Below, one piece after another: positions 33,654 to 42,487 of a stretch of DNA of 64,000 bases. The first letter of the stretch is position 1. Every line of letters begins with the position of its first letter. The stretch spans positions 701-64,700 of the forward strand of contig QKEV01000003.1 in NCBI GenBank assembly GCA_003252295.1. Direction: 5' to 3'. The notes below the pieces were generated by a model that saw only the letters and a list, made by a program, of their open reading frames with translations, made no database searches and had not been told where the DNA came from. This DNA is from a bacterium. GTDB taxonomy: Bacteria > Patescibacteriota > Minisyncoccia > Phycocordibacterales > UBA12088. Position numbers and translations under genes: made by a program.

Positions 33654-33683
33654 AAAAGCCGATGTGTTTTCACATCGGCTTTT
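33654..33683. terminator. bidirectional intrinsic terminator
   Basis: aaaaGCCGATGTGttttCACATCGGCtttt: perfect 9-bp stem flanked by A and T runs. Confidence 0.75.
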
Positions 33684-33689
33684 ACTAAT

Positions 33690-33895
33690 TTACACTAGGG
33701 TAACCGGTGCTATACTTTATGTGGGTGTAGGAACATATTGTCCACAAAAGCACTGCAAGGGAGCCGGTATAGACACGCGCTAATGGGGATCAACCAGATC
33801 ATCAGCAATGCGAGTCCACTAGGCACCCACCTAGGTACACTAGGGCAGTAATGTTTCTCACCCCGTAAAGAATCGCCTCACGGCGGTTTTTTACG
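33690..33895 (+). promoter_or_regulatory. candidate structured 5' leader or small RNA ending in a terminator 22 nt before the downstream start codon
   Basis: ~200-nt ORF-free stretch between two terminators, rich in CCTAGG/CTAGG palindromes. It ends with aATCGCCtcacGGCGGTtttttt (33871-33892). Its class is not identifiable by eye. Confidence 0.25.
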
Positions 33896-33916
33896 TTCTA
33901 TGCTACACTGGTTACC

Positions 33917-34390
33917 ATGCAAAATATTGAAGAGAATAAAGAAGGGAAGGTTATCGCAAAAAGTGTTGCGACGAGTATAGAACTGCAACAGGAGCACATA
34001 CTAAAACTTCTCTTTGTACTCATCTGGGTACTCACCTTTGTGCATATAGTAGCTGAGTACTACTTCTTGTACTGGCGGTTACCGTGGTTTGATATTGTCA
34101 CCCATTTCTTAGGAGGAATATGGGTTGGTCTTGCGGTTATTTGGTTTTACTATTACTCAGGGTACTTACGACCACCTGTTTTTCCAGGGAAGAATATGGT
34201 GTGGACCGTACTTGGCCTTGGTCTCGCTATTGGACTCTTGTGGGAAGGATATGAGGTTGCTGTATGGCTTTTGAGTGGTGCAGGTTTACCATCACCCTAC
34301 ATGCCTGATACTGTGCTTGATATCATAGTCGATGTCGCAGGGGTACTGGTCAGTGCTTTCTTGAGTCAAAAGATGATACTCAAAAAGTAA
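33917..34390 (+). CDS. hypothetical 4-TM membrane protein
   Basis: 157-aa ORF with four hydrophobic helices and a strong terminator downstream. No family recognised. Confidence 0.5.
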   Translation: MQNIEENKEGKVIAKSVATSIELQQEHILKLLFVLIWVLTFVHIVAEYYFLYWRLPWFDIVTHFLGGIWVGLAVIWFYYYSGYLRPPVFPGKNMVWTVLGLGLAIGLLWEGYEVAVWLLSGAGLPSPYMPDTVLDIIVDVAGVLVSAFLSQKMILKK

Positions 34391-34418
34391 TACTCTTTAC
34401 GTTGTCGTAAACAAAAAA

Positions 34419-34446
34419 ACCTGACGAGTGCCAGGTTTTTTGTTTG
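34419..34446. terminator. bidirectional intrinsic terminator
   Basis: aaaaaaACCTGacgagtgCCAGGTtttttg serves the convergent membrane-protein gene and rplT. Confidence 0.7.
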
Positions 34447-34458
34447 ATCGTAAAAAGT

Positions 34459-34803
34459 TTATTTAACTTGTTCAACAACCCTATCGAATGTTTCTTTTTC
34501 ATCCTTTGCTAGCTCTGCAAGCATTTTCCTGTTGAGACCGAAGTTCTTATCCTTGAGCATTTTTATGAACTTGCTGTATGAGAGTTCGTGCTCCTTGAGT
34601 GCTGCATTGATGCGTACAGTCCAGAGTGCTCGAAAGTCTCCCTTCTTCTTCCTTCGGTGTTGGAATGCGTGGTTACCAGCATGTGCTAGTACCTCAGTTG
34701 CCTGTCGCTCCTTCTTACGAATGTTTCCGCGCATACCCTTGGTCTTTGCAAGGACATTTTTGCGGCGCTTGAGCTTTGTGGTTCCTCGTTTTACTCGTGA
34801 CAT
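34459..34803 (-). CDS. rplT: 50S ribosomal protein L20
   Basis: MSRVKRGTTKLKRRKNVLAKTKGMRG...FRALWTVRINAA is bL20. Confidence 0.95.
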   Translation of the reverse strand: MSRVKRGTTKLKRRKNVLAKTKGMRGNIRKKERQATEVLAHAGNHAFQHRRKKKGDFRALWTVRINAALKEHELSYSKFIKMLKDKNFGLNRKMLAELAKDEKETFDRVVEQVK

Positions 34804-34827
34804 AGTGAATTCTGATTATCTAAACAA

Positions 34828-35010
34828 TTATCCTTTAAGATGGCGCCCAATTTTCTTTGGTGTAAGGGTGATAGTACTACCACTACGATTACGTTTTAGC
34901 TGCTTCTGTCGACGCTCTTGAGCATTGAAGTGGTTTCCGCCTGGATTACGCACCAAAAGTTTACCTTTTGGACTTACGCGAACTCGTTTTGTGTATGATT
35001 TGTTTGCCAT
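34828..35010 (-). CDS. rpmI: 50S ribosomal protein L35
   Basis: MANKSYTKRVRVSPKGKLLVRNPGGNHF is bL35. Confidence 0.9.
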   Translation of the reverse strand: MANKSYTKRVRVSPKGKLLVRNPGGNHFNAQERRQKQLKRNRSGSTITLTPKKIGRHLKG

Positions 35011-35011
35011 A

Positions 35012-35680
35012 TTACTCTGTTATATTGTCTACTTTTGCAGATAAAATTTCTTTGTTAGCTTTCTTTTTTTCTTTCTTTTCTTTTTTTGTTGCCATTGCTC
35101 GTTCTTGCATTTTCTCTTTGAGCTCTTCTTTCGTTGGTGCTGGTTTTGTTTTATCTCGTTCTATTGTGCAACTGAATCCTTTTGGGCTTTTCTTTATTGG
35201 GTCAGCTATCTTGTAGGGAACGAGGAGCATCTCAAGGAATCGTTCAAGTCGCTCTGTAAGAAAGGCTGGTTCCATGTACTTGTATCGCCCCCAAAGAAAG
35301 AGATCCACTTTGACACGATGTCCTTCAAGGAGCCATTTCTGAATACGATCAGCTTTGAGTTCCTTGTCTCGCTCTCCTGTACCTATTTTTACCTGTGCAA
35401 CCTTGGTTTCAGTAGTGCTTGATTTAGCGCGAACTTCCCGCTGTTTCTTCTTTTGCTCGTACGTGAATTTACCATAATCAGTGATTTTTGCAACTGGCGG
35501 TACGGCTTTTGCAGACACAACAATGAGGTCTAGTTCATACTCTTCTGCTTTGGCCATTGCCTCCCTTTTTGACATAACACCAAGGTTTTCTCCCTCAGGT
35601 CCCATAACACGAAGTTCATGGGCACGTATCTCATGGTTTATCTGTACTTTATTTGGATCTTCTTTTCGCTGATTATACAT
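35012..35680 (-). CDS. infC: translation initiation factor IF-3 (Lys-rich C-terminal extension)
   Basis: INHEIRAHELRVMGPEGENLGVMS...DLIVVS and a C-terminal IF3 domain. Start chosen at MYNQRK. The open frame continues upstream to 35944 but that region is not IF3-like. Confidence 0.8.
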   Translation of the reverse strand: MYNQRKEDPNKVQINHEIRAHELRVMGPEGENLGVMSKREAMAKAEEYELDLIVVSAKAVPPVAKITDYGKFTYEQKKKQREVRAKSSTTETKVAQVKIGTGERDKELKADRIQKWLLEGHRVKVDLFLWGRYKYMEPAFLTERLERFLEMLLVPYKIADPIKKSPKGFSCTIERDKTKPAPTKEELKEKMQERAMATKKEKKEKKKANKEILSAKVDNITE

Positions 35681-35807
35681 AATCAAATACACCACATATA
35701 TATGGTGCACCGCACTATACCATATATATAGTGTTTTTGCTATTGTTTTTGACTTCGTCAAGAGTGAGCGGTGACAGTGGTACTGTTTTACGCTATACTT
35801 CGAAGTC

Positions 35808-37763
35808 ATGAGTGAACTACAAAATAAACCGTCACCAGAGGGAAACAATGGAGGAAAGAAAGGTGACCCAAACCAGAAGTTTGAGCCAACGAAGCAGTTT
35901 TGGATGAATTTACTTATTACCTTTTTAATTCTATTCGGACTCACCAGTGTCTTTTCTCTATTTGCAGAAAGTAGTACAAAAACAGAGGAAATACCGTTTT
36001 CAGCAGTGATTTATGACATACGACAGGGTACGGTAGACAAGATAGCGGTAGAGGGTGAACAACTTACCGTTACGTACAAGAAAGCACACGAAGCGGACGA
36101 GGCGGTAGTGAAAGTTTCCAAGAAAGAGGCAGGTACGTCTGTTTCAGAATCACTAGCAAACTACGGACTCGACACAGATACGATCCAAGCGGTGGTAATA
36201 GACATAGTCGAAGAAAGTGGTTTTCGTTTTTGGTTTGTACAGTTGGCACCATTTATCTTCCCACTCTTCTTTATCTTGATACTCATGTGGTTCTTGATGC
36301 GTCAGGTAAAGGGAGCCGGTATGCAAGCGTTTACCTTTGGTCAGAGTAAGGCACGTGTTATCGACCCAGCAGACAAAGGGCAGCGTATCACCTTTAAGGA
36401 TGTTGCTGGTGCCAAGGAGGCAAAAGAAGAGCTCACAGAGATAGTAGATTTCTTGAAGAATCCAAAGAAATTTATTGATATTGGTGCACGCATTCCGAAG
36501 GGAGTTCTCCTTATGGGTTCACCGGGAACAGGAAAGACGTTGCTCGCACGAGCAGTTTCAGGTGAAGCGAACGTACCATTCTTTACTATTTCAGGTAGTG
36601 AGTTTGTAGAGCTCTTCGTAGGAGTTGGAGCAAGTCGTGTACGTGACCTCTTTAAGATGGCAAAGAAGGCAGCACCAGCGATCATTTTTATTGATGAGAT
36701 AGACGCTGTTGGACGCGTTCGTGGTACCGGTGTTGGTGGAGGAAACGATGAACGTGAGCAAACACTGAATCAGATTCTTGTTGAGATGGATGGCTTTGAG
36801 CCAAATGAAAAGCTCATCATTATGGCAGCTACCAACCGACCAGATGTACTCGACCCGGCACTCTTGCGACCTGGACGTTTCGATAGACGCGTCATGATAG
36901 ATTTGCCGGACAGGAATGACCGAGAGGCAATTCTGCAGGTGCATTCTCGCAAGAAGCCGCTTGGTGAAGATGTGAACATGCGTACCATCGCTGAGCGCAC
37001 CGTTGGTTTCTCAGGTGCTGATCTGCAGAACCTCATGAATGAGGGAGCTATCCTAGCGGCACGAGAGAACAGAAAGAAGATAACCCAGTACGACCTCATA
37101 CGTTCTATTGAAAAGGTGATGCTTGGTCCTGAACGCAAGAGTCATGTGCTCAACAACAAGGAGAAGGAGATAACGGCATACCATGAGGCAGGACATGCAC
37201 TCGTTGGTTCAGTATTGCCGTACGCTGACCCGGTACATAAGATATCTATCATCAGTCGTGGACGTGCTGCCGGGTACACCCTCACACTACCGTTTCAAGA
37301 CAAGCGTATGCAGAGCAAGAAGCAGTTCAAAGATGACATCGCAAAGACGCTCGGTGGTTACGTAGCAGAAGAGTTGGTATTTGATGACCTTACAACAGGT
37401 GCATCGAATGATCTACAGGTTTTGACCGCACTTGCGCGCAACATGGTGGCTCGATGGGGGATGAGTGAGAAGATAGGTCCACTTGCGCTCGACTCAGATG
37501 GCGGACAGACCATGTTTGGTCCGGGTATCGTTGGTAAGGAGTACTCTGACAAGGTGGCAATGGAGATCGATGCAGAAGTCCACCGTATCATTGATGAGGC
37601 ATACGGTATTGCAAAGGAGGTACTCACCACACACCGTAAGGCACTTGATGCAATAGCGAAGAAGCTTGTTGAGGTTGAGACGATTGAGCGAGAAGATTTT
37701 GAGCAGTTACTTGTGTTGCACGGTATAGAGCCAAAGCAGGATGTAAACAAAGAAGAAAAGTAA
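35808..37763 (+). CDS. ftsH: ATP-dependent zinc metalloprotease FtsH
   Basis: Two N-terminal TMs, AAA Walker [18 protein letters not shown], and the zinc motif HEAGHAL. Confidence 0.95.
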   Translation: MSELQNKPSPEGNNGGKKGDPNQKFEPTKQFWMNLLITFLILFGLTSVFSLFAESSTKTEEIPFSAVIYDIRQGTVDKIAVEGEQLTVTYKKAHEADEAVVKVSKKEAGTSVSESLANYGLDTDTIQAVVIDIVEESGFRFWFVQLAPFIFPLFFILILMWFLMRQVKGAGMQAFTFGQSKARVIDPADKGQRITFKDVAGAKEAKEELTEIVDFLKNPKKFIDIGARIPKGVLLMGSPGTGKTLLARAVSGEANVPFFTISGSEFVELFVGVGASRVRDLFKMAKKAAPAIIFIDEIDAVGRVRGTGVGGGNDEREQTLNQILVEMDGFEPNEKLIIMAATNRPDVLDPALLRPGRFDRRVMIDLPDRNDREAILQVHSRKKPLGEDVNMRTIAERTVGFSGADLQNLMNEGAILAARENRKKITQYDLIRSIEKVMLGPERKSHVLNNKEKEITAYHEAGHALVGSVLPYADPVHKISIISRGRAAGYTLTLPFQDKRMQSKKQFKDDIAKTLGGYVAEELVFDDLTTGASNDLQVLTALARNMVARWGMSEKIGPLALDSDGGQTMFGPGIVGKEYSDKVAMEIDAEVHRIIDEAYGIAKEVLTTHRKALDAIAKKLVEVETIEREDFEQLLVLHGIEPKQDVNKEEK

Positions 37764-37770
37764 TATTACA

Positions 37771-37803
37771 AAAAAACAGACCCGAGAGGGTCTGTTTTTT
37801 TGT
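37771..37803. terminator. bidirectional intrinsic terminator
   Basis: aaaaaaaCAGACCCgagaGGGTCTGttttttt. Confidence 0.8.
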
Positions 37804-37981
37804 GTGGGTATGTGAGTGGGAGCACAGAGGTATATTTTCAATATAGTTTCTACATTCGTATCCTACAAAAACATGTGTGCGTGTTGTCTATTATGGTACA
37901 AGAAATTAGAAAGTAGACAGGACTTGCATCTCCCTACGGTCGAGATCCTACGTTTACATAGTCGCTACACTCCTTGTAAAC

Positions 37982-38011
37982 GTGGACCAAAGGTTCGAGT
38001 CCTGCTGCACG
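37982..38011 (+). other. degenerate tRNA 3'-end-like fragment (T-arm plus acceptor) in inverted orientation relative to the adjacent tRNA
   Basis: CAAAGGTTCGAGTCCTGCTGCACGAAG versus tRNA CCCAGGTTCGAGTCCTGGTGCGCGCA. No complete cloverleaf could be built. Flanked by 9-bp hairpins at 37950-37983 and 38015-38050. Confidence 0.3.
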
Positions 38012-38064
38012 AAGAAACACTAATACCTGCAATGCTATCCGCATTACAGGCGTAGTGTATCTAG

Positions 38065-38137
38065 TGCGCGCACCAGGACTCGAACCTGGGACCACAGAGG
38101 TATAAGCTCTGCGCTCTACCAACTGAGCTATACGCGC
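38065..38137 (-). tRNA. tRNA with anticodon TAT (reads AUA; tRNA-Ile(UAU)-type)
   Basis: Manual fold of the reverse complement gives a 73-nt cloverleaf. Acceptor GCGCGTA/TGCGCGC, D-arm GCTC-AGTTGGTA-GAGC, anticodon arm CAGAG-CTTATAC-CTCTG, T-arm CCAGG-TTCGAGT-CCTGG, discriminator A. No encoded CCA. Confidence 0.75.
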
Positions 38138-38272
38138 ATTGGCAGTAGTGGGTACACTATATACCATCTCACAAACATAGCAAAACATTTGTTATTGACC
38201 TGTGCTGTATATACGGTATTCTCTGAAGCAGATAACAACTGCTTACTAAAGGAGAGAAAAAGGAGGTCAGGT

Positions 38273-38593
38273 ATGGCACGATTGATTAAGGATATCGAAG
38301 ATGACCTAAGTTTTTTTAAACTTGGTGAGTATTTTAAGTACGGTCTCTTAATATGGACTGGTACTGGACACAAGTGTCCAGGTTGTAGTGAAGTTGCATA
38401 TGGGTATATGCTTGCTAAAACTGCAGCGATTGCAGTGTTTGATGACACCATGTACTTTGAGGATGTGGATGATTTGTGGGGGGATATAGAATACATATAC
38501 TGTCCGGTTTGTGGTCTTGATTCACATACTATCGTGAAGGAGTTTGAAGAGGATTGCCTTCCTCTACAAGCAGATGAACCAATCATTAAATGA
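38273..38593 (+). CDS. hypothetical small zinc-ribbon protein (CPGC...CPVC)
   Basis: Start at MARLIKD, preceded by AAGGAGGT. Two CxxC pairs lie ~45 aa apart. Confidence 0.45.
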   Translation: MARLIKDIEDDLSFFKLGEYFKYGLLIWTGTGHKCPGCSEVAYGYMLAKTAAIAVFDDTMYFEDVDDLWGDIEYIYCPVCGLDSHTIVKEFEEDCLPLQADEPIIK

Positions 38594-38600
38594 TTATAAA

Positions 38601-38690
38601 AATATGAGCGCATGGTGTGAAAACATTATGCGCTTTAGGTATATAATTAATTACATACCTAATTATATAATTAATTATGTACCTACTCAA
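38601..38690. repeat. AT-rich palindromic repeat cluster between convergent genes
   Basis: Hairpin GAGCGCATggtgtgaaaacattATGCGCT, then nested imperfect palindromes AGGTATATAATTAATTACATACCT and ATACCTAATTATATAATTAATTATGTACCT. Confidence 0.5.
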
Positions 38691-40830
38691 AGTGGATTTT
38701 ATCCATCTTGTGCTGCAGTGCGGTTTTTAGTACAGGGTACTTCCTAAGTGTCGGATCGTTTGATGCAAGTGCCTGTGCTTCAGTGCGAGCGATCTCAACC
38801 ATCTTGAGGTTCTTGAGTGCCTCCATACCAAGGTCGGTGAGCCCTGACTGACTCCTGCCGTAGAGTTCACCCGGTCCACGGATCTTCAGGTCCATTTCAG
38901 CAAGTTCAAAACCATTCTTTGCTTTTGTGAATGCTTTGAGTCGTGTCGTGGTATTACCCTCACTCGTGAGTGCGTAGCAGTACGCTTGATGGTTGGAACG
39001 CACCACACGACCTCGAAGTTGGTGGAGTTGAGCAAGTCCGAAGCGTTCAGCTCCTTCTATAATAATGACAGTAGCATTAGGGACATTCACTCCTACCTCG
39101 ACTACGGACGTAGCAACGAGTATGTCTATCTCATGGTTCAAGAGTGCTTGCATGGTAGCCTCTTTCTCTTTTGGTTTCATTTGTCCGTGGAGCACCTCGA
39201 CACGATAGCCACTAAACTCTTTTGTTTTGAGTTTGTGTGCCTCAGCGAGCACTGACTTTGTCTGAAGTGTTTCGACCTTTTTTGGATCTGGTTCATCAAT
39301 GCGCGGGCAAATGACGTATGCCTGTCGACCGGCATCAAGCTCTCTCCGTACTGCTGTATACATTGCCGTTCTTCCTGTCTTACTTACAATGTTTGTGATG
39401 ATTGGTTTCCTCCCAGGAGGCATTTCATCGAGTATGGTAAGGTCGAGGTCACCGTAGAGTGTGAGTGCGAGAGTACGAGGGATGGGGGTGGCAGTCATAG
39501 AGAGTAAATGGGGAAGGAGGTTATCTTTCTGTGTGAGTACTTGGCGCTGGTGCGTACCAAACCTATGCTGTTCATCTATGATGACGAGTCCAAGGTCACG
39601 AAACTGTATTGTTTTTTGTATGAGTGAGTGGGTACCTATGAGTACTGCTATTTCACCGTTTTTTACCCATTTCAAGAGCTGGGTCTTTGAGATCTTTGTT
39701 GACTCAGTGTTGTTCACCTTTGAAGGATACTTTTTACACCCGCTTGAGGTAATGAGTCCTATCTGTATGGGGAGGTGGTTGAAGAGTTCTATAAAAGACT
39801 TGAAGTGTTGTTCGGCAAGTATTTCAGTAGGTGCCATGTAGGCAACTTGGAGTGTGGCAGAGGGTCGTTCCGTAGGTGGTGTTTTCACAACAGCGTACGC
39901 TGCGGCAGCAGCAACCACGGTCTTTCCCGACCCAACATCTCCTTCGAGGAGGCGACTCATAGCAGGGGCAGTTTCTATGTCTGAGAGAATAGCGTCGACT
40001 GCACTTTTTTGTCCATTGGTGAGCGTGAAGGGAAGTGTCTGTAGAAATACATCAGCATGAACTTTTGCCTTTGGTATGGAGTAGGTCTTCTGTTTTTCTG
40101 TTGCTAACCGGTCCCTGTGTCGAGCGAGCTGTATGAGAAAGATATCCTCAAAGGAGAAACGTTTGCGTGCAGCTGTGGCGTGCTCTTTCTTTTTCGGTTG
40201 ATGTATCCATACGAGTGCCTTTTGTAACTCAGGAAGTTTGTATGCTGTGAGTATGTACTCTGGTAGTACTTCATTGATCTCATCAATAACCTCTCTGTTA
40301 CTGAGTACTTTTGCTATCGCATGACGAAACCAGCGTGACGTGATACCTCTGCTTTCCGGATAAAAGGCAAAAATATCACCATCGTCACTTTCTGTTTGGA
40401 ATATCGTACCTTCACTACCAAGTGGCAGCTCCGCAACGCGTTCCACCTCGGGGTTTGCGATGTAGAGTGAACCCTTGCCCTCAACTCTACCGCTCACCTT
40501 TACCATAAAGCCATCTTGGTACATCTTGGCAATGTAAGGCTGGTTGAACCACATGAGCTTTACTCGTCCCGTACCGTCCTCGAGCCATGCCTCACTCATA
40601 GGGCGTTTACTCTTCCAAGCACGTCGTGTCTCAGGTTTTCGCAGGGTGCCGTAGAGTATGGCATCAGTTCCAGCAACCAAACCCTCGACTGTTTTTTGAT
40701 CTCCTGCATTTTCGTAGCGGTGAGGGAAGTGATAGAGCAGGTCTTGTATCGTAACAATCTTCAATCGTGCGAGTGCTTTTTTCTGAGCATCTTGCAAGCG
40801 AAAACGGTTTTCTACTACATCGGTGAGCAT
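38683..40830 (-). CDS. recG: ATP-dependent DNA helicase RecG
   Basis: N-terminal wedge domain. Helicase motifs GDVGSGKT, DEQHRFG, SMTATPIPRTL and QLRGRVVRS. Confidence 0.92.
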   Translation of the reverse strand: MLTDVVENRFRLQDAQKKALARLKIVTIQDLLYHFPHRYENAGDQKTVEGLVAGTDAILYGTLRKPETRRAWKSKRPMSEAWLEDGTGRVKLMWFNQPYIAKMYQDGFMVKVSGRVEGKGSLYIANPEVERVAELPLGSEGTIFQTESDDGDIFAFYPESRGITSRWFRHAIAKVLSNREVIDEINEVLPEYILTAYKLPELQKALVWIHQPKKKEHATAARKRFSFEDIFLIQLARHRDRLATEKQKTYSIPKAKVHADVFLQTLPFTLTNGQKSAVDAILSDIETAPAMSRLLEGDVGSGKTVVAAAAAYAVVKTPPTERPSATLQVAYMAPTEILAEQHFKSFIELFNHLPIQIGLITSSGCKKYPSKVNNTESTKISKTQLLKWVKNGEIAVLIGTHSLIQKTIQFRDLGLVIIDEQHRFGTHQRQVLTQKDNLLPHLLSMTATPIPRTLALTLYGDLDLTILDEMPPGRKPIITNIVSKTGRTAMYTAVRRELDAGRQAYVICPRIDEPDPKKVETLQTKSVLAEAHKLKTKEFSGYRVEVLHGQMKPKEKEATMQALLNHEIDILVATSVVEVGVNVPNATVIIIEGAERFGLAQLHQLRGRVVRSNHQAYCYALTSEGNTTTRLKAFTKAKNGFELAEMDLKIRGPGELYGRSQSGLTDLGMEALKNLKMVEIARTEAQALASNDPTLRKYPVLKTALQHKMDKIHFE

Positions 40831-40977
40831 ACAAGGTAGTATAGCAACATTTGTATTTTATACTGCTTATCCACAATAAATACAGAAACCTGTAAATATG
40901 TAACATGGAAAATAGTACAATGTTGGTACGTGTATTTACATATATAGTTTTACTAGTGTTTATAATATTGAGTATTT

Positions 40978-42486
40978 ATGAATGAACAAGAACATGTTCC
41001 GATGCAAGAGGAACACGCAGAGGAACATTCTCCAGAAACATCACAGCAGGAGAAGGGGGGAAAGGAATCTCGCCTTACATGGATCGTAGTAGGGGTGGTT
41101 GCAGTGCTTGTGATCATCGCAGGTGTGGTTTTTTACCTACAAGGTGAACAGGGGCAACCTGTTGAACAACCTGCCGAGGTGGATTTGCAAGAAGTGGTCA
41201 CCATAAATGACCCGAAGGTAAAATCATGTGAAGATTTTGAGTACGATACTGATATGTACATTGAGGCACTAAATACTGGAAATGTTCAGTTGTGTCAGTG
41301 TATTACTGAAAATGAAGAACTCAAGAACACATGTATCAACGGTACGGCAGATGCAATAAAAATGCAGAATGCAGTAATGGCAATGAATGCAACACTCTGT
41401 GAGGAAATTACAGAAGAGTCAACAAAAGCGTACTGTGTACAGGTTGTAGAAGATGGAATCACCTATTTTAAAGAGAATGATCCCCAGGCACTTGCTAATA
41501 AACGCATGAATGCACATGACGAAGCAGCAATTACCGACTATGAAGCACTGCTTGAGGGAGAACCTGACAACCTAACAAACCTACTCAACTTGACACTTGC
41601 CTATGCGGAGAAGGGTCTTCGTGAGCAGGAGCAGGGGGGTGACCAGATACCATACGTTGAAAAGGCACTAGAAACAATAGAGAAAGCATTGGCAATCAGT
41701 GCTACCAGTTCAGAAGTGTACAGAGTGGAAGCGTACGTGTATGAGATACAACCTGATCTTGTAAAGGCGTTAGAGCTCTATGACAAGGCACTTGAAATAG
41801 ATCCAGAAAACATACTTGCGTATGCTGGTAAGGGACATGTACAGCGTATGATAGGACTTTTACCTGAAGCTTTAGAGAGTTTTAACAAAGCAGCAGAACT
41901 CGATACAGAAGATAGAGAGGCTGTGATATATACGAACCTTTGTAGCTTACTATACACAAAGGGTGACTTTGAAGAAGCTGTAAAGAACTGTTTGAAAGTG
42001 AGGGCAAATGAAGCTAGTGATAATGTGTACAAGGTGTCTGCTTTACGGAGTCTTGCAGAAATTGCAATGGCAAATGGAGATGCAGAAGCCGCAGAAGCGT
42101 ACCTTACGGAGGCTGTTGCAATCAAACCAGATGAATCAAACATCTATATTTTGTGGGCGACTCTCGACATTCTTAAAAAAGACTACAGTGCATCTGAAGA
42201 GCATGCACGTACTGCTGTTGCAAACAATCCAACGAGTGCACGAGCACAACTAGCACTTTCTCGTGCCTTATATATGCAGGATAGATACGAAGAATCAATT
42301 GGTATTGCAGAGGCAGGACTCGCACTCGTTGATAGTGATGTGTCGTTACTGATTCCTTCAAAAGATGCTGTAACAAAGGAGTTGTACTACTCAATTGCCT
42401 TCAACTACTATGAGATGGATGATACGGCAAACTATGAGAAGTATAGTCAGCTTGCTGAAGAGGCGTTTATTAGTGAACAACAATAG
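40978..42486 (+). CDS. membrane-anchored TPR-repeat protein
   Basis: Acidic N-terminus, a single TM (LTWIVVGVVAVLVIIAGVVFYL), then ~8 TPR-like repeats (AY..KG, ALELYDKALEIDPEN). Confidence 0.6.
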   Translation: MNEQEHVPMQEEHAEEHSPETSQQEKGGKESRLTWIVVGVVAVLVIIAGVVFYLQGEQGQPVEQPAEVDLQEVVTINDPKVKSCEDFEYDTDMYIEALNTGNVQLCQCITENEELKNTCINGTADAIKMQNAVMAMNATLCEEITEESTKAYCVQVVEDGITYFKENDPQALANKRMNAHDEAAITDYEALLEGEPDNLTNLLNLTLAYAEKGLREQEQGGDQIPYVEKALETIEKALAISATSSEVYRVEAYVYEIQPDLVKALELYDKALEIDPENILAYAGKGHVQRMIGLLPEALESFNKAAELDTEDREAVIYTNLCSLLYTKGDFEEAVKNCLKVRANEASDNVYKVSALRSLAEIAMANGDAEAAEAYLTEAVAIKPDESNIYILWATLDILKKDYSASEEHARTAVANNPTSARAQLALSRALYMQDRYEESIGIAEAGLALVDSDVSLLIPSKDAVTKELYYSIAFNYYEMDDTANYEKYSQLAEEAFISEQQ

Positions 42487-42487
42487 T

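Noticed and set aside
33690-33895. Assignment of the leader to a known riboswitch or housekeeping RNA class (TPP, fluoride, Mn2+, cobalamin, SRP, 6S, tmRNA, RNase P)
   Set aside because: Partial resemblances (e.g. ACCAGATCATCAGCAATGC versus the TPP ACCUGAUCUGGAUAAUGCC) lack the other obligatory conserved boxes. A proper covariance-model search is needed.
35681-35944. IF3 N-terminal extension to 35944
   Set aside because: The upstream 88 codons are Phe/Ser/Cys-rich and non-IF3-like. They overlap the ftsH start and the divergent promoter region. The internal Met at MYNQRK aligns with canonical IF3 N-termini.
36341-37138. Three minus-strand ORFs inside ftsH
   Set aside because: Antisense shadow ORFs of a highly conserved gene.
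37925-38011. Second complete tRNA on the plus strand
   Set aside because: A T-loop-like GGTTCGAGTCC is present. However, T-stem and acceptor pairing cannot be completed and no D or anticodon arms could be built. It was kept only as a degenerate fragment.
37816-38188. ORFs 37816-38055+ and 37934-38188-
   Set aside because: They overlap the tRNA gene and tRNA-like fragment. The AQLVERRAYTSVVPGSSPG translation is the typical reading of a tRNA sequence.
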